DNA from: Camelus dromedarius
Lineage: Eukaryota
DNA: 64,000 bases
Assembly (NCBI RefSeq): GCF_036321535.1
Contig: NC_087459.1
Location: 6,882,001-6,946,000, forward strand
Direction: 5' to 3'
The notes under the pieces are model-generated. The model had not been told where the DNA came from. It saw only the letters and a list, made by a program, of their open reading frames with translations, and ran no database searches. Positions 1 through 35,399 of the stretch are shown here, piece by piece. Position 1 is the stretch's first letter, and every line of letters begins with the position of its first letter. The position numbers and the translations under genes are program-made.

Positions 1-1319
1 ATGGGGCTGGGGCTGACCAGGAGCAAGGACGCCTGTGCGGGAGGAGCCCTGGGCCCGGTTACAGGGAGGTATGTGCATACGGCGTCCATGTTCCCAGACA
101 CACACACCCACCTGCTCCTCCCCAGTGTCCCGGCTGACCACCCGTGGAAATAGGGTTAACATGGGCATGTGTGACCCGGTCACACAAAATCAAACCGAGA
201 ATTGTAAAATAATTTAAATTAAGAAATGAAGCAGCACAGTGAGTACATTCTAGGCCTGAAGCAGGTGTGGGGGGCAGGTGGCCTCAGTCTGGGACTGAAC
301 AGAACCAGAACCAGCTCCATCTGGGACCCTCGGGCTCAGCCTACAAAAGCCACCTGCCATCGGGCCTGTGGGGAAGTTTCTGCTGGGAGCAGGGGGAGGC
401 AGTGCACATGCAAAGTGTGTTTCTTATTCAGCCGGCACAGTCTGGCACAGTTCCTGAGAACCAAAGGTGCTGGGAAAGACAGCATTTACAACAGTCACGC
501 TCGGCACTGAAGTGAACTGAGCAAATGATTCCTACCTCATTCACAGGTTGAGAAAGGAAAGGGTTTGCTCTCCTTAAGGAATGGCTTTGCCTAACAGATT
601 CAGCACTTGTTAAGGCAAATATTTTACTTTTGAAGACAGAGCCGGGAAAACACCCAGCCCCATCTCTGACACTTGGCCCACTGGGCCCTGCCCAGGGCCC
701 CAGGCTTGCGGCAGAGGGGAGGGAGCACTCAACCCGGCCATGGACACAGAGCTCACCAGTTCATTCCACGTGCCTCTCCCTCCCTGAAGCCGCCCCACCA
801 CACCCAGCACCCCTGCCTGCCCCTTACCTGGGCCTGTCCTGTCCAGGTCCTCTTGGATGAGGAGATTCTGGGGACCAGTGAGCCCAAGACACACCCAAAG
901 ACCCTGTGGCCACCTGGACCATGGCAGATAGGAGAGGGAGGCGGAGGGCAGGGCCCAAACAAATCATCTCTGCGTCCCCCAACTCTGGGACCCCAGGCCC
1001 ATAAGAGGGTACCAGGTGGCTCTGTCCTCCCAGGAAAGGTCACTGATCTCCTGCCAACTAGGCCTCTTAACTTGGTTCTAACCCTAAGATCTGCCCACCC
1101 TGCGCAGGGTGGGCTCCATGGGTGCACGGGGGTAGGAAGGACTTGGACTGTTGCTCAAGTGTCTGCAGGTAGCCTAGCTGGGCTCCTGGTCACCCTGGCA
1201 GGGCACGTACCACCCACACAGCAAGCACCTCCCCTCAAGCCCAGGATAAGGGCACAGCAGCACTGAGGGCCCTGGATCAGGGACCAAACCAGGTGGCTCC
1301 CTGAGCCCCTGAGACTCAC

Positions 1320-25541
<24,222 letters not shown>

Positions 25542-25635
25542 CTGAGAGAAGGCAAAAGGGGGAGAAAAGCTAAGAAAACAGGATCCATCCACATACAGGA
25601 TGATTGTGGAGACACTAAAAGTGACGGTTTCTGGT

Positions 25636-25720
25636 GGGGAGGGTACAGCTCAGTGCTAGAGCGCGTGTTTAGCACGCAGAAGGCCCTGGGTTCAATCCCC
25701 AGTACCTCAGTTTAAAAAAA
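25636..25720 (+). mobile_element. Camelid tRNA-Ala-derived SINE (Vic-1 type)
   Basis: GGGGAGGGTACAGCTCAGTGCTAGAG...GGTTCAATCCCCAGTACCTC plus A tail. Imperfect TSD AAAGTGACGGTTTCT / ATAGTGATGGTTTCT. Confidence 0.88.
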
Positions 25721-25735
25721 ATAGTGATGGTTTCT

Positions 25736-28340
25736 AAACTGTGGTATATGCACACAATGGAATTATTATTCAGCCATTAAAAGGGATGATGTTGTGGATA
25801 GTACAATGTGGATAAACTTGAAAACATCACGCTAAGAAACCAGACACAAAAGGACGAACATTGCACTTATATGCAGTATTTACAACAGGCACAGAAACAG
25901 AAAGTAGATTAGCACTTACCAGAGGCTGAGGGCAGGGGAAACTGGGAGTTATTGCTTAATGTGTACAAGTTTCAGTTTGGGGCAATGAAAATTTTTGAAA
26001 ATAGACAGTAGTGATGGGTGTACAATATAGCAAATTAATTATAGTGAATGTAATTAAAGCCACCAAATTGTACACTTAAAATGGTTAAAATGCAAATTTC
26101 ATATTACTTATTTTTATAACAAAAATTTTTTTAAATTATGGTTTCCCATAAGTTGTGATAACATGGGAAATGCTTTGGCTACTAAGTTAAAAAAAAAGGG
26201 GGGGTTTCTATATAAACACACACACACACACCCCCTCATCACTAGTGTATGATGGCAACTAGGTTGCAAAAAGCATAGGTAAAAGAAAGAATTTTTAAAC
26301 TTCCATATACCAACATCCTCCTGTACAAAACACAACCTGTTACTAGAGAAATAAAGTTTACAGACTTAAGGACGTAAGAGGCCCATGAAGACAACAAAAT
26401 GCTAACAAGGGAGATGAGAATGAAAAGGGGACAGACTGTTCCTGAACAAGAAATTCAACATAAAGATGCCCTTTCTTCCCACTGAATCACCAGGTTTAAT
26501 GTGGCCTCCAAAACACCGCCAATGGCCTGGGAGGGGCCTAATGCAGTCAATACTACTGTTTACAGGGAACGGTGAGCAGAACTGCCAGAGTGATTCGGAA
26601 GAAAAGCAATGAGGGACTGATCCGACTGTGTGGTGTAACGGGGTATGAAGTCACAGTAACCCACCAGTGTGGTGCCCACACACAGAAAGACAGAGCCTTG
26701 GGAGAGGCAAGAAAAGCCAAAAATAAGTTCAGATAAACATGGGAATTAAGTATGTGATAGAGGCCAGTGGAACTAACCAGTAGGAGCGAGGTGAATTACT
26801 CCCATCAGATGATGTCGGGACTAGGAAGCCATATGGAAGAGAAAATCATTTTGGCTCCTGAACCAGCCCTCTCCAGCCATGGGACCCATGTTCTCACCTC
26901 CTCCTTACCCACCACAGTGCCTGGTGCACAGGGCTCCAGGAGCCAATGGGGGCACACGAAACCCTCAGCAAGTGCCCAGAAAAGACCAGCTCCTGGTAGA
27001 AGCCTCCACCTCACACCAAAGTAAACACAGTTTAAAAACAAGACAATAAATGTTCCACAGGAAAACACCAGAGACTCTTTTTGTTAACACTCTTGGAGAG
27101 CAGGAGGCCTTTCTATGTATAACAAAACTCAGAAACCACAAAGAAAGACTGGAAACTTAACTCCACAAAAATCTAGGCTCAGAGGCAAACTGGCTAAGGG
27201 TATAAAGCTTTGTCACAGAAGTCTATTTTTATCCTAAATATATAAAAAGCTCTTTCAAATCTGTAAGGAAAAAAAATCAAACAACCTAAGAGGAAATTAG
27301 GCAAAGGTTATGAATAGGTTGCTCATTAAAAAGGAAATCCAGATGGCTCTGAAAACAGGAAAACACAGTCAACCTCAATCGTAAGACAAATGCGCATCAG
27401 AACTACTATCAGATACGATTTTTCACCTGTCTGATGAAAAAACATAGAAAAATCTAATCTATTAAAAATACACATGCTCATTTTCCCTTGGATAAAACCA
27501 TCTCATTTCTGGGAAATGATCCTACATTCTGCAGGATGAAAATATATACATAAAGGACATTCACACGGTATTAGACTGGAATCAACTTAAATGCCCAGTA
27601 GCAGAGGATTGGATGAATAAATCATAGTGTGTTGCTCCCATGATTCTGATTATAACTCTGAATCTATAACCAGAATGTAAAGAGAAAATGAAAACAACAC
27701 GGCAGAACAGTGTGTAGTGTATATTTGTGCTTAGAAAATAAAATAATGTGTGTATATGTTTGTATGGACACAGAAGGTTCCAGAAAGATGCACAGGAAAA
27801 TGGTAACTGCATCAGGCCCTACAAGGGGATGTGGCTGGGAGCCAATGATGGGAAATAACTTTTTCATAACCTAAACCCCTTTGTATCTTTAAAACTTTGT
27901 GCCATACTAAAAATTTTAAAGTGCTTTTTAAAATTCTACAAACTACAAACTGCATATTCATGACAGTGAAAAGCTGCAAGTAACCTAAATCTCCAACCAC
28001 AAGGAAAGGGTATGTTGGTACCAACAAAGAGTGAGGATGATTTGTTTACTTGGTTGGAAAGTGCTCCAAGGCAGATTGTTCAATGGGAAAAAGAGCTACA
28101 GAAAATGCATCTATGTGAGGGGAAAATCCCAAAAGCAATACACTATTTTTCTATGGATACATATTTGGTGTCTCTGTACAGGAGGCACAATTACCAAAAT
28201 GGTAGGTGGTTATCCCTGCAGTGGGGGAGGACGACCACAACTGGGGAGCAGTGGTCAAAGAAAATTCCAGGTATACGTGGATTTCATACTTTTTACAAGC
28301 TAAATCCATTCATATAGCACTTATATAGCTTTTAAAAGGC
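25736..28340 (+). mobile_element. Cluster of old LINE-1 fragments (L1MB/MC/ME-like)
   Basis: Typical L1 3' UTR phrases at 25736-26130 and 27080-28340, and degenerate ORF2-like sequence at 26330-26800. Boundaries approximate. Confidence 0.65.
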
Positions 28341-28499
28341 TAGAAACACCGATGAAACGTGAACAAGAGTGGCTTTGTTATGTTGAAACTAAGAGTGATT
28401 TTCCTCTTTTTTTTTTTTTTCACTTTTCCTATACTTTCCAAACACTACAGTGAGAAGGCATCGCCTGTACGAAGCGGAGAAGAAACAAGTACAGGGTTC

Positions 28500-29120
28500 A
28501 CTGTCAACTGTGAGGGAAGCAGCCCGCCGGCGCGCCCGGGGGTGGGGGTGGGGGCCNNNNNNNNNNNNNNNNNNNNNNNNNNNNNNNNNNNNNNNNNNNN
28601 NNNNNNNNNNNNNNNNNNNNNNNNNNNNNNNNNNNNNNNNNNNNNNNNNNNNNNNNNNNNNNNNNNNNNNNNNNNNNNNNNNNNNNNNNNNNNNNNNNNN
28701 NNNNGGCCCGGGGAGGGGTCGGGGCGAGGGAAGGTGTGGGGAGCCGAGGATGGGCCAAGGGCGGCGGCGCGTAGAGGGAAACGGGCCGGGGGCTAGAGGG
28801 GCTCCGAGGGAGACGGGTGATGGATTGGGGGCTCCGAAGGGAACAGGACGGGGCGGAGAGGCTCTGAGAAAGACGCGTCGGGGACAGGGGGGCGGTGAGC
28901 GGAGCCAGGCTGACGGAGCGTACCCGACAGTCCACCAACCTACGTGCCACTTAACGCGCCGGCCAAACTCGCGAGACTTCTGAGCTAGGTCCCGGCAAAC
29001 CTATGAAGACGCCTGCGCGCGGACCGAAGGCGTTGGCGCAGGCGCAGGCTGCCGAGTGCGCAGGCGCGAGGCCGTCTCTGCGGCGGTATGCTCACGCGCA
29101 TGCGTGTGGCCGCTCCTTCC
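28500..29120 (-). promoter_or_regulatory. NPRL3: NPRL3 CpG island / housekeeping promoter and probable non-coding first exon
   Basis: CpG-dense stretch. NRF1-like GCGCA(T/G)GCG motifs at 29010-29018, 29036-29046, 29057-29067 and 29096-29104. CTCGCGAGA at 28968-28976. Candidate minus-strand donor CAC|GTAGGT at about 28944. No TATA box seen. Confidence 0.8.
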
Positions 29121-29269
29121 TCGTGTGGGGAGAAGAGAACCACTAGCAACGTGAATAAGAAACTGGGGTCGGTTTAACCCTTCGGTTCAACTTAACTTTT
29201 CTAGGTTATATAAGTAACAGTTGCTTTGGGCAGAGAGTTCAAACTTAGAAATATAAAGTAGGTTGAAGA

Positions 29270-30510
29270 AATCACGTTACTGGATAAAAGACCTAAGTGT
29301 AAGAGCTAACACTGTGAAACACGGGGAAAACACAAGGGTGAGTCTTCGTGACTTGGGACTAGGCAGTGGTTCCTAAAGTATGACATCAAATGCACAAGCG
29401 ACCAAAGAAATAGTTAATTGGACTTCATCAAGTTAAAAACTTTTACGCTTTAAAGGATAACACCCCAAAAGTTAAAAAAAGCACCCACGATGTTCATGTA
29501 TAACTGAAAAATTGTGCTCTACACTGGAATTTGACACAACATTTTTGTAAAATGATTATAAACCAATAAAAAATGTTTTTTGAAAAAAGCACCCACCGAA
29601 TGGGAGAAAATATTTACAAGTCATTTATCTGATAAGGGAATTGTATCCAGAATTTTTTTTAACTTTTACAGTTCAACAAGAAAAAGGCAAGTAACCAATT
29701 GAAAAGCGGATAAAGGACGTGAACAGACACTTCTCGAAATTAAGACAAATGGCCAGTAAGCATGTGAAAATATGCTAAACATCACTGCTTGTTAGAGAAA
29801 CGCAAATCTAAACCAAAAAGAGATACCACCTCACACCCAGTAGAATGGCTATAATCGATAAGCGAAATAACAAGTGTTGGCTAAGAGGTGGAGAAACTGG
29901 AATCTGTGGACACNNNNNNNNNNNNNNNNNNNNNNNNNNNNNNNNNNNNNNNNNNNNNNNNNNNNNNNNNNNNNNNNNNNNNNNNNNNNNNNNNNNNNNN
30001 NNNNNNNNNNNNNNNNNNNNNNNNNNNNNNNNNNNNNNNNNNNNNNNNNNNNNNNNNNNNNNNNNNNNNNNNNNNNNNNNNNNNNNNNNNNNNNNNNNNN
30101 NNNNNNNNNNNNNNNNNNNNNNNNNNNNNNNNNNNNNNNNNNNNNNNNNNNGGTAGAATCCATGCAATGAAATAGTATTTGGTCATAAAAGGGGAAGAAA
30201 TACTGATACACGAGTGAACCTTGAACAAATACATGTTGTATGATTCCATTTATATAAATGGCCAGAATAGGCAAATCTTTGGAGACAGAAGGTAGATTAG
30301 GTTGTCTAGGACTGCGGTAGTTGGAGGGTGTTACTGTTAATGGGTATAGGGTTTCTTTTGGGTTGACAAAAATGTTCTAATTGTGATACTTGCATAACTC
30401 TCTGAATATACTAAAGCCCACTGAGCTGCACACTTTAAATGGATGAACTTTATGGTATATAAATTCTATCTCACAATATAGCTGTTTTTAAAAAGTAAAA
30501 AAAAAAAAAA
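29270..30510 (+). mobile_element. LINE-1 3' fragment (contains N gap and a micro-insertion)
   Basis: ATTGGACTTCATCAAG...TGGGAGAAAATATTT...GAAACGCAAATCTAAACC...AGATACCACCTCACACCC, typical L1 ORF2 C-terminus/3' UTR. Confidence 0.8.
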
Positions 30511-31879
30511 AATTTACCCACCCACCCCACCCAGTCTTCCCCAGGAGGTAACTGTAGTGCACATTCTACTGCGAAACTGTCTCCAAATCTTTCTCAATTG
30601 CATTGGATGCAGGACTAAGTGTTCACTGCTGAAGTAACCTCTCTCACTGAAGCGGACATAAACATGTATTTTGCAGGACAGATCTGTGGGTTGGACCTGC
30701 CAAGGTGAAGGGTACATGCATTTCAAATGTCTCAAACAGAACCCAAGAAAGTACTGCCCTGCCCGGGGCTACATAGCATTGACTTTATTTTTTCCCAAAA
30801 TTTCCAAAAAGGGAAATCATGTCTTATGTTGCATTTCTCTGATTATTACTAAGGAGCAGAACTATTACTTGATTATTTGCCAGTGTCTTTGAACTGCCTT
30901 CATGTTTCCTTCTGGGTTGTTTGTCCTTTGATTTGTTCTTTCTTTCTAAGGGTTAGTTCCCCTCTGTGACAGATTCTGCAAGCCTTTTTCTCAGTCTAGT
31001 ATATTTCGATTTTATGTATCATCAAAAGTTTTCTGAGTATTCCCGCAGTTCCCAGGAGCATCCCTACAATGACAACAAGGGCAGAGGGGCAGGAGGTGAG
31101 GCTGGGAAGCTGTGTGGATAGGGAAGGGGTAGCCCACTGTTGAGGGGAAATGGCCCACTGTGGTAATGGGCCTCCCCACAGGGTCACTGGGAATCTGCAG
31201 GTGTCCAGGGAGAACCAGGACTCTGGCTCAGGCGTCCTTCCTCCGACTTCCCTGGACATGCTGCTGCCCTACTAGATAGTCCTATGGCCGCAGAACCTGG
31301 CTGTGTCTGGGCTAGGAGAAGGCTCTATAGGTTAATATCTTTTCATTATAAGAAGCACTGGAATCCATGAACGGTGAAGTGTAGTCACCAAGATCCTGGC
31401 CACAGAAGTCCTGGATACATCCCTTCCCGGGCTACCCCCACAGGGCTCAGGTGTAGGCTGTCTAGGGCAGGACTGGAGAAAGCAGGGGTCTGAATTCCAT
31501 GCCACCTTCACCGACAGCACCTCAGTGGCCATGTTTCTCTCCTTCATTGGGCTGATACAGAAATCAGGACTCATGTATCAGCAGCCAGAGGGAATGATGG
31601 TAGGCTGGCCCTGCCATGGGCCTCAAGCTCCCCACCAGGAACAGAAGTGGGAACAAGGGTCTCCTGGACAGCGATGTGCCCAGGGCAGCCTCTGCTCACT
31701 GCAGGCCATGTCCTCAGACTCTTCCCTGCCAGCACCCCACATCTCTATGCCCTCATTTTAAATTTAAATTAAAAAAAATTTAAATAACTCTTTTGTAACC
31801 TACTTTTTTTTAGAGGTAAGTGGATTCTTAGAAACTGAAACTCTCGACCCTTCCTCCCAGCCTGGGTCCCCCTGGCCAG

Positions 31880-32010
31880 GGCCAGGAGGCTGTGTAGAAG
31901 GCCAGGCCTTATCGGTCCCGCCACACAGTCTGGGCCCGATAGAGCCACGACCGACTGTCAGAGGGCCAGGCAGGGCTCGCAGGCCCTATCTCAGACCCAC
32001 CACTGCCACT
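31880..32010. promoter_or_regulatory. Candidate MCS-R4 (HS-10) enhancer
   Basis: Three GATA-type motifs (31908-31913, 31937-31942, 31986-31991) in a unique island between the NPRL3 promoter and the first zeta gene. Confidence 0.5.
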
Positions 32011-32784
32011 GCAGTGTTTCTGCCTGGGAAGAATCGCTCGCTCACGACAGTAACTCTAATCACCTGAATTCACACTGCTGTGTCTCAAGGTCACATGGCA
32101 GCAGAACATGATTCTTACGAGTGAGGTAGAGGTTAAAACAGTGAAACTAGGACTCCTAAGGTGACTTACCCTGCCCAGGGGCTGCTCTTGGGAGAGGGTC
32201 TGTAGAACTTTGTCTCAACATTCTGCTGGGAGACCAGGGCCTCTCTGAGCTCAGCCCCAGCTACGCAAGCTCTGAACAAGTCTGGGGCTTGGAATCCAGC
32301 CCAGAGACCAGCAGGCTCTGAGTCCTGCATGGGCTCAGGAAGGACCTTCTTGTGTCAGGTGGGAAACCCAGGCTCAGAAACAGAAAAGACTTGCCCATCT
32401 CAAACCTCAGTCTCCTCTCCCCGCAGGGGCTGATTCCCTCCTCCACTGACACTTTGATCATGTTTTGTAAACTTTCCAAGACTCCGTTTCCTTATCTTAA
32501 AGCATGAAATGATGATAAAACAAAACTCTTGCAGAGCTGTGAGGGTTGCATACCCAGCATGAAGAGTATCCAGTCTGCACCACGCCCAGTACTTTAGAAA
32601 GTGCTCCATATGGGTCAGCTAGAGCCAGACAGCAGGCCTCACCCGACACCACACACAGTCAGTCCAACGGGGACTGCTGCTCAGCTCAAGGGACAAGACA
32701 GTGAAGTCCTTAGAAAGGTGGCATGGAAAGTTGGCTTCACCTCGGCACACAACTCTTATTCCACTTTTTAAACAAAAATTGAAA

Positions 32785-32920
32785 GGGGGAGGTTATAGCT
32801 CAGTGGTAGAGTGCCTGCTTAGCATGCAGGAGGTCCTGGGTTTAATCCCTGGTACTTCCATTAAAATAAATAAATAAACCTAATTACCTACCCCTCCAAA
32901 AGAAGCTAAAAGAAAAAAAA
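32785..32920 (+). mobile_element. Camelid tRNA-derived SINE with 3' extension
   Basis: Same head. Tail TAAATAAACCTAATTACCTACCCC...An. AAAAATTGA flanks both ends. Confidence 0.88.
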
Positions 32921-32924
32921 TTGA

Positions 32925-34270
32925 GGTAAAATTTGCATAATGCAAGATTAACCACTTTAAAGGGAACAGTCGGTGGCATTTCCTTTATTCATAATGGGTG
33001 CAACCAGGATCATGAACTAGTTCCAGGTTATTTTCATCCTCCCAAGAGGAAACTATGCAACTGCTCCCTGTCCTCCTCCCCACAACCCCTGGCACCCACT
33101 CATCCACTTTCTGTCTCCTGAATTTGCCTGTTCTGGACGATTCATATAAAGAGATTCACACAGCATATGGCCTCTCATATCTGGCTTCTTTCCTGGTATA
33201 GTGCTTTCAAGGTTCGTCTGAGTTGTAACCAGTGCAGTGCTTTATTTTTGTGGCTGAATAAAGTCTCATTTTGTGGAAATAACATAATTTGTTTATCCAT
33301 TCATTCACTGATGGACAAGTGGATTGTTTCTACCTCTTGGATATTGTGTATAGAAAGGTACGACATTTTTAAACAGATTTTTTTTTAATCGCTAAATTTG
33401 ACTGCATTTAAATTATCTACTTCTGCTCCACCAAAAACAGCATTCAGAAAGTAGAGGCAAACCACAGACCCTGGGGGTGATAAGACACATGAAACTGACA
33501 GAAAGCTTATGTCCAGAATATTTTTTAAATCCCTATAAACCAGTAAGTCTGGCAACACTGTAGAAAAATGGCCATGACTGGATACTTCAAGAAATGAGAA
33601 CTCCTAAACAAATAAATGAATAAATGAATAAATGAATAAATAAATAAATAAATAAATAAATACGAAACCTAAGTGGACAGTAAATATATGAACGGAGGCC
33701 CAACCTCATCAGTGTCAGGAAAGTGCAAATTAAGACCACGTGAGAAACTACTACACACCCACCAGAAAAGCTAAGATTTAAGACCAGGACCGACCATACC
33801 AAATGTTTGGAAGGATGTGGGGCAAGAGGAACCCTCATACATCATGTGAGTTGGTCCAGCTGCTCCAGAAAGTATCTCACATTATCTGCTAAAGTTGAGA
33901 ATTCCCACGGCTTAGACCCAGCTGCCCCGCTCCCAGGAAAGTACCTCACAGAATGCTCACGGCAGCACTGTTCATAATAGTCAAGAACCGAACAACCCAA
34001 ACATCCATCCCCAGTACACTGGGGAACTCGTGGTCCCTTCTGACAAGGAAACACAACACAGGGATGGCAGGGAACACCCCCAGCATGGCTGGCAGGGCAA
34101 AAACTGGCAAAAACAACCATAGTGCCTGAGGACACATATTTGGTGTTAAAAGGTATTGAAAGCAAGAGGTAAGTCAGGGTAGGGCGTACCTTTGGGGAGG
34201 ATTGAGGTCTGAGTATGGGCCTCATAATAATTCACTCCTAGGACATAAGTCTATATTTCACAATGAATAA
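32925..34270. mobile_element. LINE-1 fragments in both orientations
   Basis: Minus-strand L1MB-like 3' end at 32925-33350, plus-strand fragment at 33430-34270 with a (TAAA/TGAA)n tract at 33610-33662. Confidence 0.65.
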
Positions 34271-35399
34271 AGGTAAAAAGGAAAGGACCCCTGCCCACAC
34301 CAATGCCCTGAAGGGCGTGGAGGTTTCAGACACAAGGTGGCTCCTATGGAGGCCAAGGATGGGGGAAAAGAGGAGGCCCTAAGGCCTAAGAGGAGGGGAG
34401 GACCGTCCCCATGTTGAGAGCCTGGAATAGGCATCCTGGTGTCCACAGTCATTGCCTCCTGTGCTGTCCCTGGCCACAGGCCCTAGATACTGCAGCTGGA
34501 GGGCTTCCCCCAGGCACTTCCCTCACTGAGACCCCTCTGTACTTCCCCCAAGGACAAACCTAGTACCTTCAACCAGAGGACCAGCTCCAGCCTCACCCAG
34601 GACCCCCAGACCCCCTCCCTCTGCCTGACCTTCCTTCCACCTGACCCTCAGCCTTCTCTGTCTCACTCGCTGTATTCTGTTTCCTCTGCCAATCTGTCTC
34701 TCTGCCTGTCCATCTCTGTCTCTCTCCCTGCTGACTTCTCTCCTTTCTAGGAGCTGAGGCCTTGGGAACAACTTTACACACCCTTCCTGCAGGCCCAGAT
34801 CCTGCAGGTGGCCCTGGGGTTTCCTTCTGCATCAAGTGACAGCAAGAGGTGACCAGGAAGCACCAGGCTCATCCTGTCCATCTAGGAAGGAACTGAGAGG
34901 GGCAAGCCACAGTCTCTGTGAACAAGTGGGGCCCAGAGTCAGCAGAGCAACACTGCCCAGGAAAATGAGCGACAAGCATAAGGCCAATGGAGGGTGGGCA
35001 CATCCCTGCAAGAGGGAAATTCTGTCACTTAAGAAGAGAGGGGAGGTTGTGAAATGTAAGTAGGGAGAGACAGGAAGGAGAGGGACCCGGCAGTGCTGCC
35101 TGGAATTGGCCTCCAGGCCACAGGCAGAACCAAACACCAGGGTATAACACCTGCCTGTCAGCTCAGCATCCATCAGTCGCTACCCCTGCCCTCAAACATC
35201 AACTCAATCTCAGGTGTGGAAGTGAGCACCGTAACACAATAAAATGCCAGGCACTGTGTTGGCATACAGAAGGTTCTCAATACTTGCTTGAGTGTACACA
35301 TGGTTTCCAATCAGAGGGCTTATCTAAGCCTCACAGTTTTCTCCAAGAATAGTTCAGCAGAATGTCTCTGATCTCTCTACCCAGGAAATGTGTTCCTCT

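Noticed and set aside
28705-28720. Possible AG-to-GG loss of the NPRL3 exon 2 acceptor (minus strand CCCCTCCCCGG|GCC)
   Set aside because: It abuts a gap where base quality is doubtful, and I cannot recall the human junction reliably.
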